Below are positions 9,297 through 20,032 of a stretch of DNA of 64,000 bases, piece by piece (the stretch's first letter is position 1; the number at the start of each line of letters is the position of its first letter). The notes under the pieces were generated by a model. That model had not been told where the DNA came from. It worked only from the letters and a program-made list of their open reading frames with translations, and searched no databases. The translations under genes and the position numbers were made by a program. The DNA is from Erysipelotrichales bacterium (GTDB lineage: Bacteria > Bacillota_I > Bacilli_A > RFN20 > CAG-826), in the NCBI GenBank assembly GCA_022508525.1, contig JAFLVA010000001.1, forward strand, positions 8,084 through 72,083. Direction: 5' to 3'.

Positions 9297-10148
9297 ATGC
9301 AAGAAAAAAATGTACATTGGTTCCCAGGCCATATGAAAAAAGCGACAATTCAAATTGAAGAACGAGTAAAAATTGTCGATGTAATTATTGAACTTTTGGA
9401 TGCACGCGCACCACTTTCCAGTCGTAATGAAAAACTATTTAAAATCACTAAGGACAAGAAAAGACTTTTAATATTAACTAAAGCAGATTTAGCAGATGAA
9501 AAAGTTACCAAAGAATGGGAAAAGTATTTTACTAATCTTGGTCACTTAGTGGTGTGTCTAAATTTAAATGAAAAGAAATTAATTAATGTAATAGAAAATA
9601 AGATAAACATTTTGGGCGAAGAAAAACATAAAAAAGAATTAAAAAGAGGAATGAAGCCTCAACCAATTCGCGCGATGATTATTGGAATACCTAATGTTGG
9701 AAAATCAACTTTAATTAATCGTATTTCTAAAAGAAATGCAGCATCTGTACAAAATACTCCAGGACACACAAGAGCGCAACAATGGATAAAGGTTGATAAT
9801 TCTTTTGAGCTTTTAGATACTCCAGGTATTTTACCTGCCAATTATGAAGATAAAAACAAAGCAATTAATCTTGCACTTATTGGATCAATTAAAGAAAATA
9901 TTTTGCCAATTGATGATTTGGCAGATATTCTTTTGAATTATTTAAAGAAATATTATCTAAATGATTTAGAAACACGCTTTAAAATTGAAGTTGATGCTGA
10001 AGAGAGCAATTATGAGACACTTAATAAAATAGCTCTTAAACGCGGCTTATTAAATAAAGGAAGCGCAGATATAAATAAAGCAACCACATTAATACTTAAA
10101 GAATTTAAAGATGGTCTTATTGGTAAGATATCTTTGGAGCGTGTCTGA
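9297..10148 (+). CDS. rbgA: Ribosome biogenesis GTPase YlqF/RbgA
   Basis: WFPGHM, DARAP, GIPNVGKSTLIN, LDTPG. Confidence 0.97.
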   Translation: MQEKNVHWFPGHMKKATIQIEERVKIVDVIIELLDARAPLSSRNEKLFKITKDKKRLLILTKADLADEKVTKEWEKYFTNLGHLVVCLNLNEKKLINVIENKINILGEEKHKKELKRGMKPQPIRAMIIGIPNVGKSTLINRISKRNAASVQNTPGHTRAQQWIKVDNSFELLDTPGILPANYEDKNKAINLALIGSIKENILPIDDLADILLNYLKKYYLNDLETRFKIEVDAEESNYETLNKIALKRGLLNKGSADINKATTLILKEFKDGLIGKISLERV

Positions 10149-10149
10149 T

Positions 10150-10770
10150 ATGTTAGATTATGAATTAAAGTATTATGAGGAAGGTTTAACTTATATTGCA
10201 GGATGTGACGAGGCTGGTCGCGGACCTTTGGCAGGACCAGTTGTGTGTGCGGCGGTTATTATGCCTCATAATTTTAAAAACGATGATGTTAATGATTCTA
10301 AACAATTAACAGATAAAAAACGAAGAGAACTTTTTGAAATTATTAAAAAAGAAGCTATTGCTTATGCAATTGTTGAAATAAGTGCTGATGAAATTGATGA
10401 AATTAATATTTATGAAGCATCAAGGTTAGGAATGGAAAAAGCTTTGAGAGAACTACATCACAAATATGAAATGGTTTTAACAGATTGCATGCCACTCCTT
10501 CATGAAAATGTTCCTGTCGAGGCGATAGTAAAAGGCGATGCAAAATCATTTAACATTGCATGTGCTTCGATTTTAGCTAAAGTAACTAGGGACAATTTGC
10601 TAATTGAACTTGATAAAAAATATCCACAATATGGATTTGCTAATCATAAAGGATATGGTACTAAAGTGCATCTTGAAGCTTTAGATAAATATGGAGCAAT
10701 TCCTCATGTACATCGCCAAACTTATGGTCCAATAAAAAAACTAAAACAAAAACAATTAACGCTTTTTTAA
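10150..10770 (+). CDS. rnhB: Ribonuclease HII (start approximate)
   Basis: GCDEAGRGPLAGPV, DSKQL, KGDAKS..IACASILAKVTRD. Confidence 0.97.
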   Translation: MLDYELKYYEEGLTYIAGCDEAGRGPLAGPVVCAAVIMPHNFKNDDVNDSKQLTDKKRRELFEIIKKEAIAYAIVEISADEIDEINIYEASRLGMEKALRELHHKYEMVLTDCMPLLHENVPVEAIVKGDAKSFNIACASILAKVTRDNLLIELDKKYPQYGFANHKGYGTKVHLEALDKYGAIPHVHRQTYGPIKKLKQKQLTLF

Positions 10771-10798
10771 AAATCACCAACTATATGTATTATAGAAG

Positions 10799-11587
10799 GT
10801 GATTTTTTTGATAACTGCAGATGAAATATTATTGTATCTTTCTTTGAAGTATAATGGCGATTGGGATAAAATTTATGAAGCAATTAAATTAAAAAAAGAT
10901 TTTTCTGAGCAAGAGTTTTTGTCTTTGAAAACCAAAAATAAAAGTAATTATATTACTATATTAAATGAAAATTATCCTACAAGTTTAAAAGATTGCTATA
11001 AACCACCGTTTGTGCTTTTTTATTATGGTGATATTAATCTTTTAAACGCAAAGAAAAAAATAACAATAGTTGGGTCAAGAAATTGCAGCCAATATGGAGA
11101 ACTATGTGTTTTGAATATAACAAAAGAATTAGTGCAAAATGATTATATAGTTGTTTCTGGAATGGCAAAAGGACTAGACTCTTTCGCTCATCAAGTCGCT
11201 CTTGATAATGGCGGAAAAACAATAGCGGTTTTAGGCACTGGTATTGACTTATGTTATCCTAAACAAAACTTTGGTATATATAAACGGATTCAAGAAAATG
11301 GTCTAGTGATAAGCGAATATCCAACAGATACAACAATTATAAAAGAAAATTTTCCCAAGAGAAATCGCATTTTAGCTGCTTTATGTGAAGGTGTATTTGT
11401 GCCAGAATTTAAGGCTAATTCTGGAACGGGAATAACTATTTCAATGGCCCTTAATATGGGAAAGCCTATATTTTGCACACCACATCCAATTGATGATGAG
11501 ACAGCTAATAACAATCTTATAAAAGATGGAGCGATTTTAGTTGAGAACGCAAACGACATAATTTTTGAGTTAGAGAATAAAAATTAG
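10799..11587 (+). CDS. dprA: DNA-processing protein DprA
   Basis: PPFVLFYYG, IVGSR, VSGMAKGLD, FPKRNRI. Confidence 0.95.
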   Translation: MIFLITADEILLYLSLKYNGDWDKIYEAIKLKKDFSEQEFLSLKTKNKSNYITILNENYPTSLKDCYKPPFVLFYYGDINLLNAKKKITIVGSRNCSQYGELCVLNITKELVQNDYIVVSGMAKGLDSFAHQVALDNGGKTIAVLGTGIDLCYPKQNFGIYKRIQENGLVISEYPTDTTIIKENFPKRNRILAALCEGVFVPEFKANSGTGITISMALNMGKPIFCTPHPIDDETANNNLIKDGAILVENANDIIFELENKN

Positions 11588-11701
11588 TCGATTTAACAAA
11601 AAATTTTTATTTAGTATAAATAAATATATATATAAAGAAAAAAATGTTTGACAAACGGCATATAATAACTTGATAATTGATATCTAGAAGGAGCGATTTT
11701 T

Positions 11702-13789
11702 ATGAAACTAGTTATTGTAGAATCACCAACAAAGTGCCATACAATTGGAAAATATCTCGGTGAAGATTATAAAGTAATTGCTTCTTTAGGACATGTCCGT
11801 GATTTATCTATTAGAGGAAAAAGCGGATTAGGTATTGATATTGATAATGGTTTTAAGCCGTCCTATGAAATTCAATCTAAACAGATGCCTGTTGTGAAAG
11901 ACTTGAAAAAGAATGCTAAAGAGGCAGAAGAAGTTATTATTGCAACCGACCCCGATCGTGAAGGTGAGGCTATCGCATGGCATTTGATGGAAATCTTAGG
12001 TTTAGATGTTAAAACTACTAAGCGTCTAGAATTTCATGAAATTACAAGACCATCTATTGCAGAAGCTCTAAATAATCCAAGAACACTTGATATGAACCTT
12101 GTTGCTTCGCAAGAAACAAGGAGAATTTTAGATCGTATTATTGGTTTTAAACTATCAAGTTTATTGCAAAGCAAGATAAAATCTCGTTCTGCTGGTAGAG
12201 TTCAATCTTCGTCATTAAAATTACTTGTAGATCAAGAAAAAGAAATTGCTAAATTTAAACCAGAAGAGTATTGGACAATAGATGTTACATTAGCGTCAGG
12301 CAAGACAAAATTAAAGGTAGTAGTAGATAAAGAAAAAATTTCTAGTGAAAAAGAGGCTCTTGAAATTGAAAAATCTTTAGCTAAAACAGCCACAGTATTA
12401 TCAATAGATAAGAAAAGACGATCAGTGGAATCAAAACCTGCTTTTACAACATCGACAATGCAACAAGAAGCATTTAATCGTTATAAATTTTCTACAAAGA
12501 AAACTTCATTAGTTGCACAAAAGTTATATGAAGGTGTTCAAGTCGGCCAAGAAACAGTTGGTTTAATTACATATATGCGTACAGATTCTACACGCCTTTC
12601 ACCAGTATTTGAAGAAAGAGCAAAAAGATACATCGTAGAAAACTTTGGTGATGATTATGTTGGCAAAGTTAAAACAAAAAAATCTAAGACAGTTATTCAA
12701 GATGCACATGAAGCTATAAGACCAACATCTTTAACTCGTTCCCCAGATGCAATAAAGCAATATTTATCAAATGATGAATATAAATTATATTCGTTAATTT
12801 ATAATCGTGCATTAGCTTCATTAATGTCTGCAAAAATTGATGAAGTTACTACCGTAAAATTTAGATCAAATGATGTTATTTTAAAAACAAGTGGAACGGT
12901 AAATATCTTTAATGGTCACTCAGTCTTATTTAATAGTAGTGATGAAGATGAAAAGAGTTTACCTATTATAAAAGAAGAAGATATATTTGATGTGAAAAAA
13001 GTTACCAAAGAGCAACATTTCACTAAAGCACCAGCAAGATTTAGCGAAGCTAAACTTGTTAAAACTATGGAAGAAGTCGGAATTGGAAGACCTTCAACAT
13101 ATGCTTCAACAATTGAAATATTAAAAGCAAGAAAATATGTAAATGTTGAATCTGGCACACTTATTCCAACAGATCAAGGAATCAAAACTGATGAATTGTT
13201 AGAAGAATATTTTACAAATTTGGTTAATCCATCATTCACTGCTCAAATGGAAAAGAATTTGGATGAAATTGTTGCTGGTAGTGAATCCCGTTTAGAACTT
13301 CTACAAACATTCTATGATAGTTTCATAAAACAACTAGATTTTGCCAAAAACAACATTGAAAAAGTCAAAGATGAACCAAGCGGGAATATTTGTCCGAAAT
13401 GTGGATCACCACTTGTTTATAAAAATTCTAAATATGGCAAGTTTGAAGCATGCTCAAATTATCCACATTGCCATTATGTTGTGCCAAAAGCTAAAGAAGA
13501 AATACCAAGTGATGCACCGATTTGTCCAGACTGTGGATCGCCGCTTGTCTTAAGAAAAAATAAAAAAGGACAATCTTTCTACGGCTGTAGCAATTTCCCT
13601 AAATGCACTTTTGTTATGAATGATGAATCAAATGCAAAAGAAACAAAAATAGAAATTGTTGGTAAGTGCCCAGATTGTGGTGGAGATTTAATTGTAAAGA
13701 GAGGTAAATTCTCGAAGTTTATTGGTTGTAGCAATTATCCAAATTGCCATCATATGGAAAAATATAGTAAGTCAAAGAGAACAAAATAG
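11702..13789 (+). CDS. topA: DNA topoisomerase I
   Basis: LVIVESP, ATDPDREGE, SAGRVQS, ITYMRTDS; three C-terminal zinc ribbons. Confidence 0.98.
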   Translation: MKLVIVESPTKCHTIGKYLGEDYKVIASLGHVRDLSIRGKSGLGIDIDNGFKPSYEIQSKQMPVVKDLKKNAKEAEEVIIATDPDREGEAIAWHLMEILGLDVKTTKRLEFHEITRPSIAEALNNPRTLDMNLVASQETRRILDRIIGFKLSSLLQSKIKSRSAGRVQSSSLKLLVDQEKEIAKFKPEEYWTIDVTLASGKTKLKVVVDKEKISSEKEALEIEKSLAKTATVLSIDKKRRSVESKPAFTTSTMQQEAFNRYKFSTKKTSLVAQKLYEGVQVGQETVGLITYMRTDSTRLSPVFEERAKRYIVENFGDDYVGKVKTKKSKTVIQDAHEAIRPTSLTRSPDAIKQYLSNDEYKLYSLIYNRALASLMSAKIDEVTTVKFRSNDVILKTSGTVNIFNGHSVLFNSSDEDEKSLPIIKEEDIFDVKKVTKEQHFTKAPARFSEAKLVKTMEEVGIGRPSTYASTIEILKARKYVNVESGTLIPTDQGIKTDELLEEYFTNLVNPSFTAQMEKNLDEIVAGSESRLELLQTFYDSFIKQLDFAKNNIEKVKDEPSGNICPKCGSPLVYKNSKYGKFEACSNYPHCHYVVPKAKEEIPSDAPICPDCGSPLVLRKNKKGQSFYGCSNFPKCTFVMNDESNAKETKIEIVGKCPDCGGDLIVKRGKFSKFIGCSNYPNCHHMEKYSKSKRTK

Positions 13790-13855
13790 TTCTCTTTTTC
13801 TTTCACTTTGTATTTAGATTATGCGAAGTTGTGATATAATATTTTCGGTGATTTT

Positions 13856-15136
13856 ATGAAGAAAAAAGTTATTGTAGTTGGAGCAGGCCTTGCTGGAGTA
13901 GAAGCAACTTATTATCTAATTAATCATGGTATAGAAGTTGAACTATATGAACAACGACCAATAAAAAACACTGGAGCACATCATACGAGTTATTTTGCGG
14001 AATTGGTATGCTCTAATTCTTTAAAGTCTAATAATTTAGATAATGCTTGCGGATTATTAAAAGAAGAGATGCGCCACATGGGAAGCATTACAATGGAAGT
14101 GGCGTATGAAACGCAAGTTCCAGCAGGAAATGCTCTTTCTGTTGATCGTGATTTATTTGCAAAAAGAATTACTGATAAGCTTTTAGAGTCACCACTAGTA
14201 CATTTTCATAATGAGGAATTTTCTTCTATTGAAGAAGATGCATACATTATTGTTGCCACGGGACCTTTATCTAGCCAAAACATAATTGATAAACTTCAAC
14301 AAATGACAAACGATCAAATGTTTTCGTTTTTTGATGCATGTGCACCAATAATAGAAAAGGATAGCATTGACTTTAATAAAGCATATTTTAAATCAAGATA
14401 TGAACAAGGTGATAATAGCTATATAAATTGTGCAATGAATGAGGAAGAATATAAAATATTCTATAATGAACTTATTAATGCTGAATTAGCAAAATTACAT
14501 GATTTTGATAAAAAATATTTTGAAGGATGTATGCCAATTGAGGCAATGGCTAAAAGAGGAGAAAAAACTCTTCGTTATGGCCCATTAAAACCAATGGGAT
14601 TAAGACGCACACCAGAAGATCGTCCTTTTGCTGTTGTGCAATTGCGTCAAGATAATGTAGTTGGTAGTTTATATAATATGGTTGGATTTCAAACTAATCT
14701 AACTTATGCAGAGCAAAAAAGAGTTTTTTCATTAATACCTGGATTAGAAAATGCAAAATTCGTAAGATATGGTTTAATGCATAGAAATACATACATTTGC
14801 GCACCAAAACATTTAAATAAAGATTTGTCATTAAAAAAATTCAACAACATTTTTATAGCAGGTCAATTATCTGGAGTAGAAGGGTATGTTGAATCAGCTG
14901 CCACAGGTATTATTGCAGGTATTAATGTTTTGCGTCGCATCAATGAATTAGAAGAAACACTACCGCCTATAAATACTATGATTGGGGCGCTGTTAAATTA
15001 TTTAAGTGTCTGTTCTCCATCCAATTTTGCTCCTATGAATGCAAATTATGGAATATTAAAACGCGAAGAAAAATTAGAATTATCATATGAAGCATTAGAA
15101 TCGCTTGATAAGTGGTTAGGTGATAACAATGTATAA
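13856..15136 (+). CDS. trmFO: Folate-dependent tRNA (uracil-5)-methyltransferase
   Basis: GAGLAG, ELVCSNSLK, FEGCMPIE, GVEGYVESAA. Confidence 0.97.
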   Translation: MKKKVIVVGAGLAGVEATYYLINHGIEVELYEQRPIKNTGAHHTSYFAELVCSNSLKSNNLDNACGLLKEEMRHMGSITMEVAYETQVPAGNALSVDRDLFAKRITDKLLESPLVHFHNEEFSSIEEDAYIIVATGPLSSQNIIDKLQQMTNDQMFSFFDACAPIIEKDSIDFNKAYFKSRYEQGDNSYINCAMNEEEYKIFYNELINAELAKLHDFDKKYFEGCMPIEAMAKRGEKTLRYGPLKPMGLRRTPEDRPFAVVQLRQDNVVGSLYNMVGFQTNLTYAEQKRVFSLIPGLENAKFVRYGLMHRNTYICAPKHLNKDLSLKKFNNIFIAGQLSGVEGYVESAATGIIAGINVLRRINELEETLPPINTMIGALLNYLSVCSPSNFAPMNANYGILKREEKLELSYEALESLDKWLGDNNV

Positions 15137-16058
15137 GCCATTAATAGAAAGTGATGAACTTTCATCATATACCAATTATCTTCGACTAGAAAAAAGATTT
15201 TCGGAACGTACAATTGAAAGTTATTTAAGAGACATAGACAAGTTTTATAAGTATGCTTTCAACAAAAAAATTAACCCGTTAAAGGTAAATACAACATTTA
15301 TTCGTACCTTTTTAAGTTATGAAAGATTAAACGATATATCAAAAAGAACTATTAAACGAAGACTTAGTGCTTTGAGAAGTTTTTACGGCTTTTTAGAAAC
15401 AAATCAATATATAAAATATAATCCGTTTTTAGCGATAAATTCACCAAAGCCGGAAATATCTTATCCAAAAGTGTTGTATGAAGATGAAATTGAAAGACTT
15501 TTAAAGGCAAATATGGAAAGAAAAGATGCTTTGCAACAAAGAGATCAAGCAATTATTGAATTACTTTATGCTTCTGGTTTGCGTGCGTCTGAATTGATAA
15601 ATTTAGAAATAAGTGATATTGATTTTTCAAATCGAATTGTAAAAGTATTTGGTAAGGGTTCTAAAGAAAGATTAGTACCATTTTCTCCAGTGGCAAAAGA
15701 GGCAATGATGAAGTATTTAAAAAATTTAAGGGCAACATTGCTCATGCAATCTAATAGTGAAGAATTACCTACTGTATTCTTTTTGAATAACAAAGGAAAT
15801 AAGCTAACTATAAGAGGATTAGAATATATTCTAAAACAAATTGAAATGAAAACGGGCGTATTTTTAGATCTTCATCCACATATGTTGCGTCATACTTTTG
15901 CAACACATCTTCTAGAGCGTGGCGCGGATTTAAGAACAATACAATCAATGCTTGGACACTCTTCTATTTCAACAACACAAGTCTATACTCATGTTACTAC
16001 TGAGGCTATGAAATCAGAATATGTAGAAGCTCACCCTAGAGCGAAGAAAAAAAATTGA
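15120..16058 (+). CDS. xerC: Tyrosine recombinase XerC/CodV
   Basis: LYASGLRASEL, GKGSKER, HPHMLRHTFATHLL, LGHSS.STTQVYTH; topA-trmFO synteny. Confidence 0.92.
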   Translation: MITMYKPLIESDELSSYTNYLRLEKRFSERTIESYLRDIDKFYKYAFNKKINPLKVNTTFIRTFLSYERLNDISKRTIKRRLSALRSFYGFLETNQYIKYNPFLAINSPKPEISYPKVLYEDEIERLLKANMERKDALQQRDQAIIELLYASGLRASELINLEISDIDFSNRIVKVFGKGSKERLVPFSPVAKEAMMKYLKNLRATLLMQSNSEELPTVFFLNNKGNKLTIRGLEYILKQIEMKTGVFLDLHPHMLRHTFATHLLERGADLRTIQSMLGHSSISTTQVYTHVTTEAMKSEYVEAHPRAKKKN

Positions 16059-16108
16059 CACAAGCCTTCTTAGAAAGGTATTATATTTTAATGTGAGGTG
16101 GATATATT

Positions 16109-16501
16109 ATGCCAGATAGAATTAAAGGAACTTTATTAGGCTTTCTAGCTTCATTTGGTGGAGTTGCCGGCTGGATTATTTTAAACTTTGTTGGATTTAT
16201 TGCAGGAATAGCAGGAGCTGGTATGGGTATTTTATTTGCTATTGTGTATACAAAATTGAATCCTTTGGATGATTCAAAGTACAAATACGTAATGGCTTGT
16301 GTAATTACTGTTATTGATATTGTTATTGCTGAACTAATTTGTCTTGCAATTGAAGGTGCGATATATGGGTATACTTTTGCTGAAGCTCTTAATAATGATG
16401 TGGCTGTTCGTTCAATAATCATAAATGTAGTCGTTGGAATAATCCTTTCAGGAATTTCTTTAGGAGGCTACATTCGTCGCCAAATTAAAAATAATAACTA
16501 A
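16109..16501 (+). CDS. Hypothetical membrane protein (about 4 TM)
   Basis: GAGGTG RBS, hydrophobic helices, downstream terminator 16510-16540. Confidence 0.75.
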   Translation: MPDRIKGTLLGFLASFGGVAGWIILNFVGFIAGIAGAGMGILFAIVYTKLNPLDDSKYKYVMACVITVIDIVIAELICLAIEGAIYGYTFAEALNNDVAVRSIIINVVVGIILSGISLGGYIRRQIKNNN

Positions 16502-16609
16502 GTAAATGGAACACAGTTTAATTAGACTGTGTTTTCTTTTGTGCTTTTAACAATTTTAATTGCATAGTAATACTTACTATGATACAATATCTAAGCCTGA
16601 GTTTTCAGG

Positions 16610-16715
16610 ACTACACACACCATGGATTCATAGTCCACGTCTCAAATGCACACGGGTGCCTTATGTTTGAGGGATGATGTTCGAAGTGGTGGAGGAAATA
16701 ACAAAAGGGAGGACT
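16610..16715 (+). promoter_or_regulatory. rpsB (S2) leader RNA
   Basis: ACACAC...GGGTGC...GTGGAGG elements in a long GC-richer 5' UTR after a TTGCAT/TACAAT promoter. Confidence 0.55.
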
Positions 16716-16720
16716 CAAAA

Positions 16721-17671
16721 ATGAGTGAAGAAAAGGAAGTTCTTGTAGAAGAACAAACAATGGCAGATGTTATGCCAGATGAAGCAACACCTGTCATTAC
16801 AATGAAAAAACTTCTTGAAGCTGGTGCACACTTTGGACACCCAACAAGAAGATGGAACCCAAAAATGAAAAAATACATTTATGGTTCAAGAAATGGAGTA
16901 TACATTATTGATCTCCAAAAGACTGTTGTTAAGATTGAAGAAGCTTACGCAGCATTAAAGAAAATTGTAGAAGAAGGCGGAAAAGTTTTATTCGTAGGAA
17001 CAAGAAAACAAGTTCAAGAAGAAGTTATTGAAGAAGCAAACCGTTCAGGTTCTTTCTACATCACAAACCGCTGGTTAGGTGGTACATTAACAAACTTTAA
17101 GACAATTACAAATTCAATTCGTCATTTAAAAGAATTAGAAAAAATGGCTGATGATGGATCATTTGATGTAATGCCTAAAAAAGAAGTTGCTCTTTTAAGA
17201 AAAGAACAAGACAAATTAACTAAAAACCTAGAAGGTATTAAAGAAATGCGTAAAGTACCTAATGCAATTATCGTTGTTGATCCACGTATGGAACACAATG
17301 CAGTTGCTGAAGGACGCAAATTAGGAATCCCTGTCTTTGGTATTTGTGATACAAATGCAGATCCAGAAGAAGTCGATTATGCAATTCCTGCAAATGATGA
17401 CGCAATCCGTTCAGTTCACTTAATTTTAGCTGTATTAGCAGACGCTATCGTTGAAGCAAAAGGTGGACAAACACTTGTTGCATATACAAAAGATGAAGAT
17501 GAAAAAGAAGTAACTATGACTGATGCTTTAAAAGCTGAAGAAAAAGCAGAAGAAAAAGTCGAAGAAGAAAAAGCAGAAGACAAAGGTGAAGAAAAGGCTG
17601 AAGAAAAGCCAGCTCGTAAACCAAGAAGAAAACCTGCTGCAAAAGAAGAAGCTTCAGAAGATAAGGAGTAA
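16721..17671 (+). CDS. rpsB: 30S ribosomal protein S2 (start corrected to MSEEKE)
   Basis: [34 protein letters not shown]; GGAGG RBS. Confidence 0.98.
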   Translation: MSEEKEVLVEEQTMADVMPDEATPVITMKKLLEAGAHFGHPTRRWNPKMKKYIYGSRNGVYIIDLQKTVVKIEEAYAALKKIVEEGGKVLFVGTRKQVQEEVIEEANRSGSFYITNRWLGGTLTNFKTITNSIRHLKELEKMADDGSFDVMPKKEVALLRKEQDKLTKNLEGIKEMRKVPNAIIVVDPRMEHNAVAEGRKLGIPVFGICDTNADPEEVDYAIPANDDAIRSVHLILAVLADAIVEAKGGQTLVAYTKDEDEKEVTMTDALKAEEKAEEKVEEEKAEDKGEEKAEEKPARKPRRKPAAKEEASEDKE

Positions 17672-17676
17672 TTACC

Positions 17677-18558
17677 ATGGCAAAACCTATTATCGAATTA
17701 ATTAAAGTATTGCGTGAACGTACTGGTGCTGGCATGATGGATTGCAAAAAGGCACTTGAAGAATGCGATTGCGATATCGAAAAAGCTTGTGACTGGTTAA
17801 GAGAAAAAGGTATTGCTAAAGCTGCTAAAAAAGCAAGTCGTATTGCTGCAGAAGGTTTAACATTTGTTAAATCATGTGATCATTGCGGTAAAGCAATTAT
17901 CATTGAAGTTAACTCTGAAACAGATTTCGTTGCAAAATCAGATGCATTCAAAGAATTAGTAGAATCAGTTGCGAAAATTATTTTGAAAAACGAAATTCCT
18001 ACTGTTGAAGAAGCAAAAGAAAATGCTGAAATCAAAGAATTATTTACCAATGCTACTGTTAAAATTGGTGAAAAATTAGATTTAAGACGTTATGAAATCG
18101 TTAAATTAAACGAAGGCGAAGGATTTGGCACATACATCCACATGGGTGGCAAAATCTCTGTTTTAGTTGTTGTAAATAAAGCAAGTGATGACGCAAAAGG
18201 TTTAGCAATGCATATTGCTGCTAATAACCCATCATATGTTTCTAAAGAAGACATTCCAGCAGAAGTTTTAGCACATGAAAAAGCTATTCAAATGGAAGCT
18301 GCAAAAACCGATGAGAAATTAGCAAATAAGCCAGAAGCAGTTGTTGAAAAGATTATTGAAGGTAAAGTTAATAAGCAATTAGCAGAAACAACTTTAGCAG
18401 AACAAGAATACTTGTTAGAACCAGGTTGCACTGTTGGCAATTTCTTAAAACAACGTGATTTAAAAGTTGTTAGATTCATTCGTTACATGGTTGGCGAAGG
18501 TATCGAAAAACGTAAAGACGACTTTGCTCAAGAAGTAATGAGTCAAATTAATAATTAA
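17677..18558 (+). CDS. tsf: Elongation factor Ts
   Basis: LRERTGAGMMDCKKAL, EVNSETDFVAK, MHIAA. Confidence 0.98.
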   Translation: MAKPIIELIKVLRERTGAGMMDCKKALEECDCDIEKACDWLREKGIAKAAKKASRIAAEGLTFVKSCDHCGKAIIIEVNSETDFVAKSDAFKELVESVAKIILKNEIPTVEEAKENAEIKELFTNATVKIGEKLDLRRYEIVKLNEGEGFGTYIHMGGKISVLVVVNKASDDAKGLAMHIAANNPSYVSKEDIPAEVLAHEKAIQMEAAKTDEKLANKPEAVVEKIIEGKVNKQLAETTLAEQEYLLEPGCTVGNFLKQRDLKVVRFIRYMVGEGIEKRKDDFAQEVMSQINN

Positions 18559-18564
18559 TCAATT

Positions 18565-18589
18565 GAACACTCTTTTTGAGTGTTCTTTT
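18565..18589 (+). terminator. Terminator after tsf
   Basis: GAACACTC-ttttt-GAGTGTTC-TTTT. Confidence 0.7.
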
Positions 18590-18609
18590 CATAATAAGGA
18601 GGAAACACT

Positions 18610-19332
18610 ATGAGCACATATAAACGTGTCGTATTAAAACTTAGTGGAGAAGCTTTGGCGGATAAAAACAATAAAGTAATTCTTGAGGCACATAGTTTAG
18701 ATAAAGTTGCAGAAGCAATTAAAATGATGCAAGAGAAAGGAATTCAAGTAACCGTTGTTGTTGGAGCAGGAAATATTTGGCGTGGTAAACTTGCAGAACA
18801 AATTGGTATTGAAAGAAGCACCGCTGATTATATGGGAATGCTTGGCACAATTATTAATGCTCTAGCTTTACAAAGTGCCCTTGAACATGTTGGACTTGAA
18901 TGCCGTGTTTGTAGCGCAATTGAAGTGCGTTCTGTTGCAGAATACTATATCAGAAGAAGAGCAATTAGACATTTGGAAAAAGGTCGTGTAGTTGTATTTG
19001 CAGGTGGAACAGGTAATCCATACTTTACAACTGATACATGTGCAACACTACGTGCAATGGAAATTGAAGCAGATGCAATTTTAATGGCTAAAAATGGTGT
19101 TGATGGTGTTTATTCCGCAGATCCTAGAACTGATAAATCGGCAGAGTTCATTAAGACTCTCACATTTAATGAAATGTTAAATAGGGATTTAAAAGTTATG
19201 GATAATACTGCAGTTGCATTACTTAAAAATCAAGACATTGAAGTTCGTGTTTTCAACATGAATGATATAGATAATATTCGTAAGTTAGTTGATGGTGAAG
19301 ATGTAGGTACAACCATCAGAAAAGGAGAATAA
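18610..19332 (+). CDS. pyrH: UMP kinase
   Basis: LKLSGEAL, DYMGML, GTGNPYFTTD. Confidence 0.98.
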   Translation: MSTYKRVVLKLSGEALADKNNKVILEAHSLDKVAEAIKMMQEKGIQVTVVVGAGNIWRGKLAEQIGIERSTADYMGMLGTIINALALQSALEHVGLECRVCSAIEVRSVAEYYIRRRAIRHLEKGRVVVFAGGTGNPYFTTDTCATLRAMEIEADAILMAKNGVDGVYSADPRTDKSAEFIKTLTFNEMLNRDLKVMDNTAVALLKNQDIEVRVFNMNDIDNIRKLVDGEDVGTTIRKGE

Positions 19333-19335
19333 AAA

Positions 19336-19887
19336 ATGGAACAAGATGAATTAATACTTGAATGTGCAGAAAAAATGGCTGCTGCACATGAAAACTTTGA
19401 AAAAGCACTCAGCACATTACGTGCTGGAAGAGTTTCCGCAGCAACAATTGCAGATGTTAAAGCAGATTATTATGGGGAAAAAACTCCAGTTACTTATATT
19501 GCATCTATTACAAATTTACAAGCTAATGTATTAGTTATTAAACCATTCGATCGTAATGATTTAAAAGCAATAATTACTGCAATTAACGAAGCAAATCTAG
19601 GTGTAAATCCAATTAATGATGGAGATTCTATTCGTTTAGTCTTCCCAACATTAACAGAAGATAGAAGACGTGATTTGGTTAAGACAGCAAAAAAATACGG
19701 CGAAGAAGCTAAAGTCGCAGTAAGAAATGTTCGTCGTGACTTTATGGATAAAGTTAAAAAGGATAAGGATTTGCCTGAAGATATTGCAAAATCTTTAGAA
19801 AATGATATTCAAAAAGAAACTGATGATGCAGTAAAAGCAATTGATGCATCAGTTGCAAAAAAAGAAAAAGAAATAATGGAAATTTAA
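19336..19887 (+). CDS. frr: Ribosome recycling factor
   Basis: LRAGR, PTLTEDRR, KVAVRNVRRD. Confidence 0.97.
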   Translation: MEQDELILECAEKMAAAHENFEKALSTLRAGRVSAATIADVKADYYGEKTPVTYIASITNLQANVLVIKPFDRNDLKAIITAINEANLGVNPINDGDSIRLVFPTLTEDRRRDLVKTAKKYGEEAKVAVRNVRRDFMDKVKKDKDLPEDIAKSLENDIQKETDDAVKAIDASVAKKEKEIMEI

Positions 19888-19889
19888 TT

Positions 19890-19914
19890 AAGTCAGCTTG
19901 ACGCTGACTTTTTT
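19890..19914 (+). terminator. Terminator after frr
   Basis: AAGTCAGC-ttgac-GCTGACTT-TTTT. Confidence 0.8.
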
Positions 19915-20032
19915 AATTAATTACATGAATTAGATATGGTGAATTACGCCTGACATATTTATGAAACAAACTTTTAAATTTTTCACTATTTATATTAGTA
20001 CATAAAATGTATAATATAAATAAGTTAGGCTG

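Noticed and set aside
15120-16058. Tyrosine recombinase as a mobile-element integrase
   Set aside because: It sits in the conserved topA-trmFO-xerC context with no att repeats or cargo, so it is housekeeping XerC.
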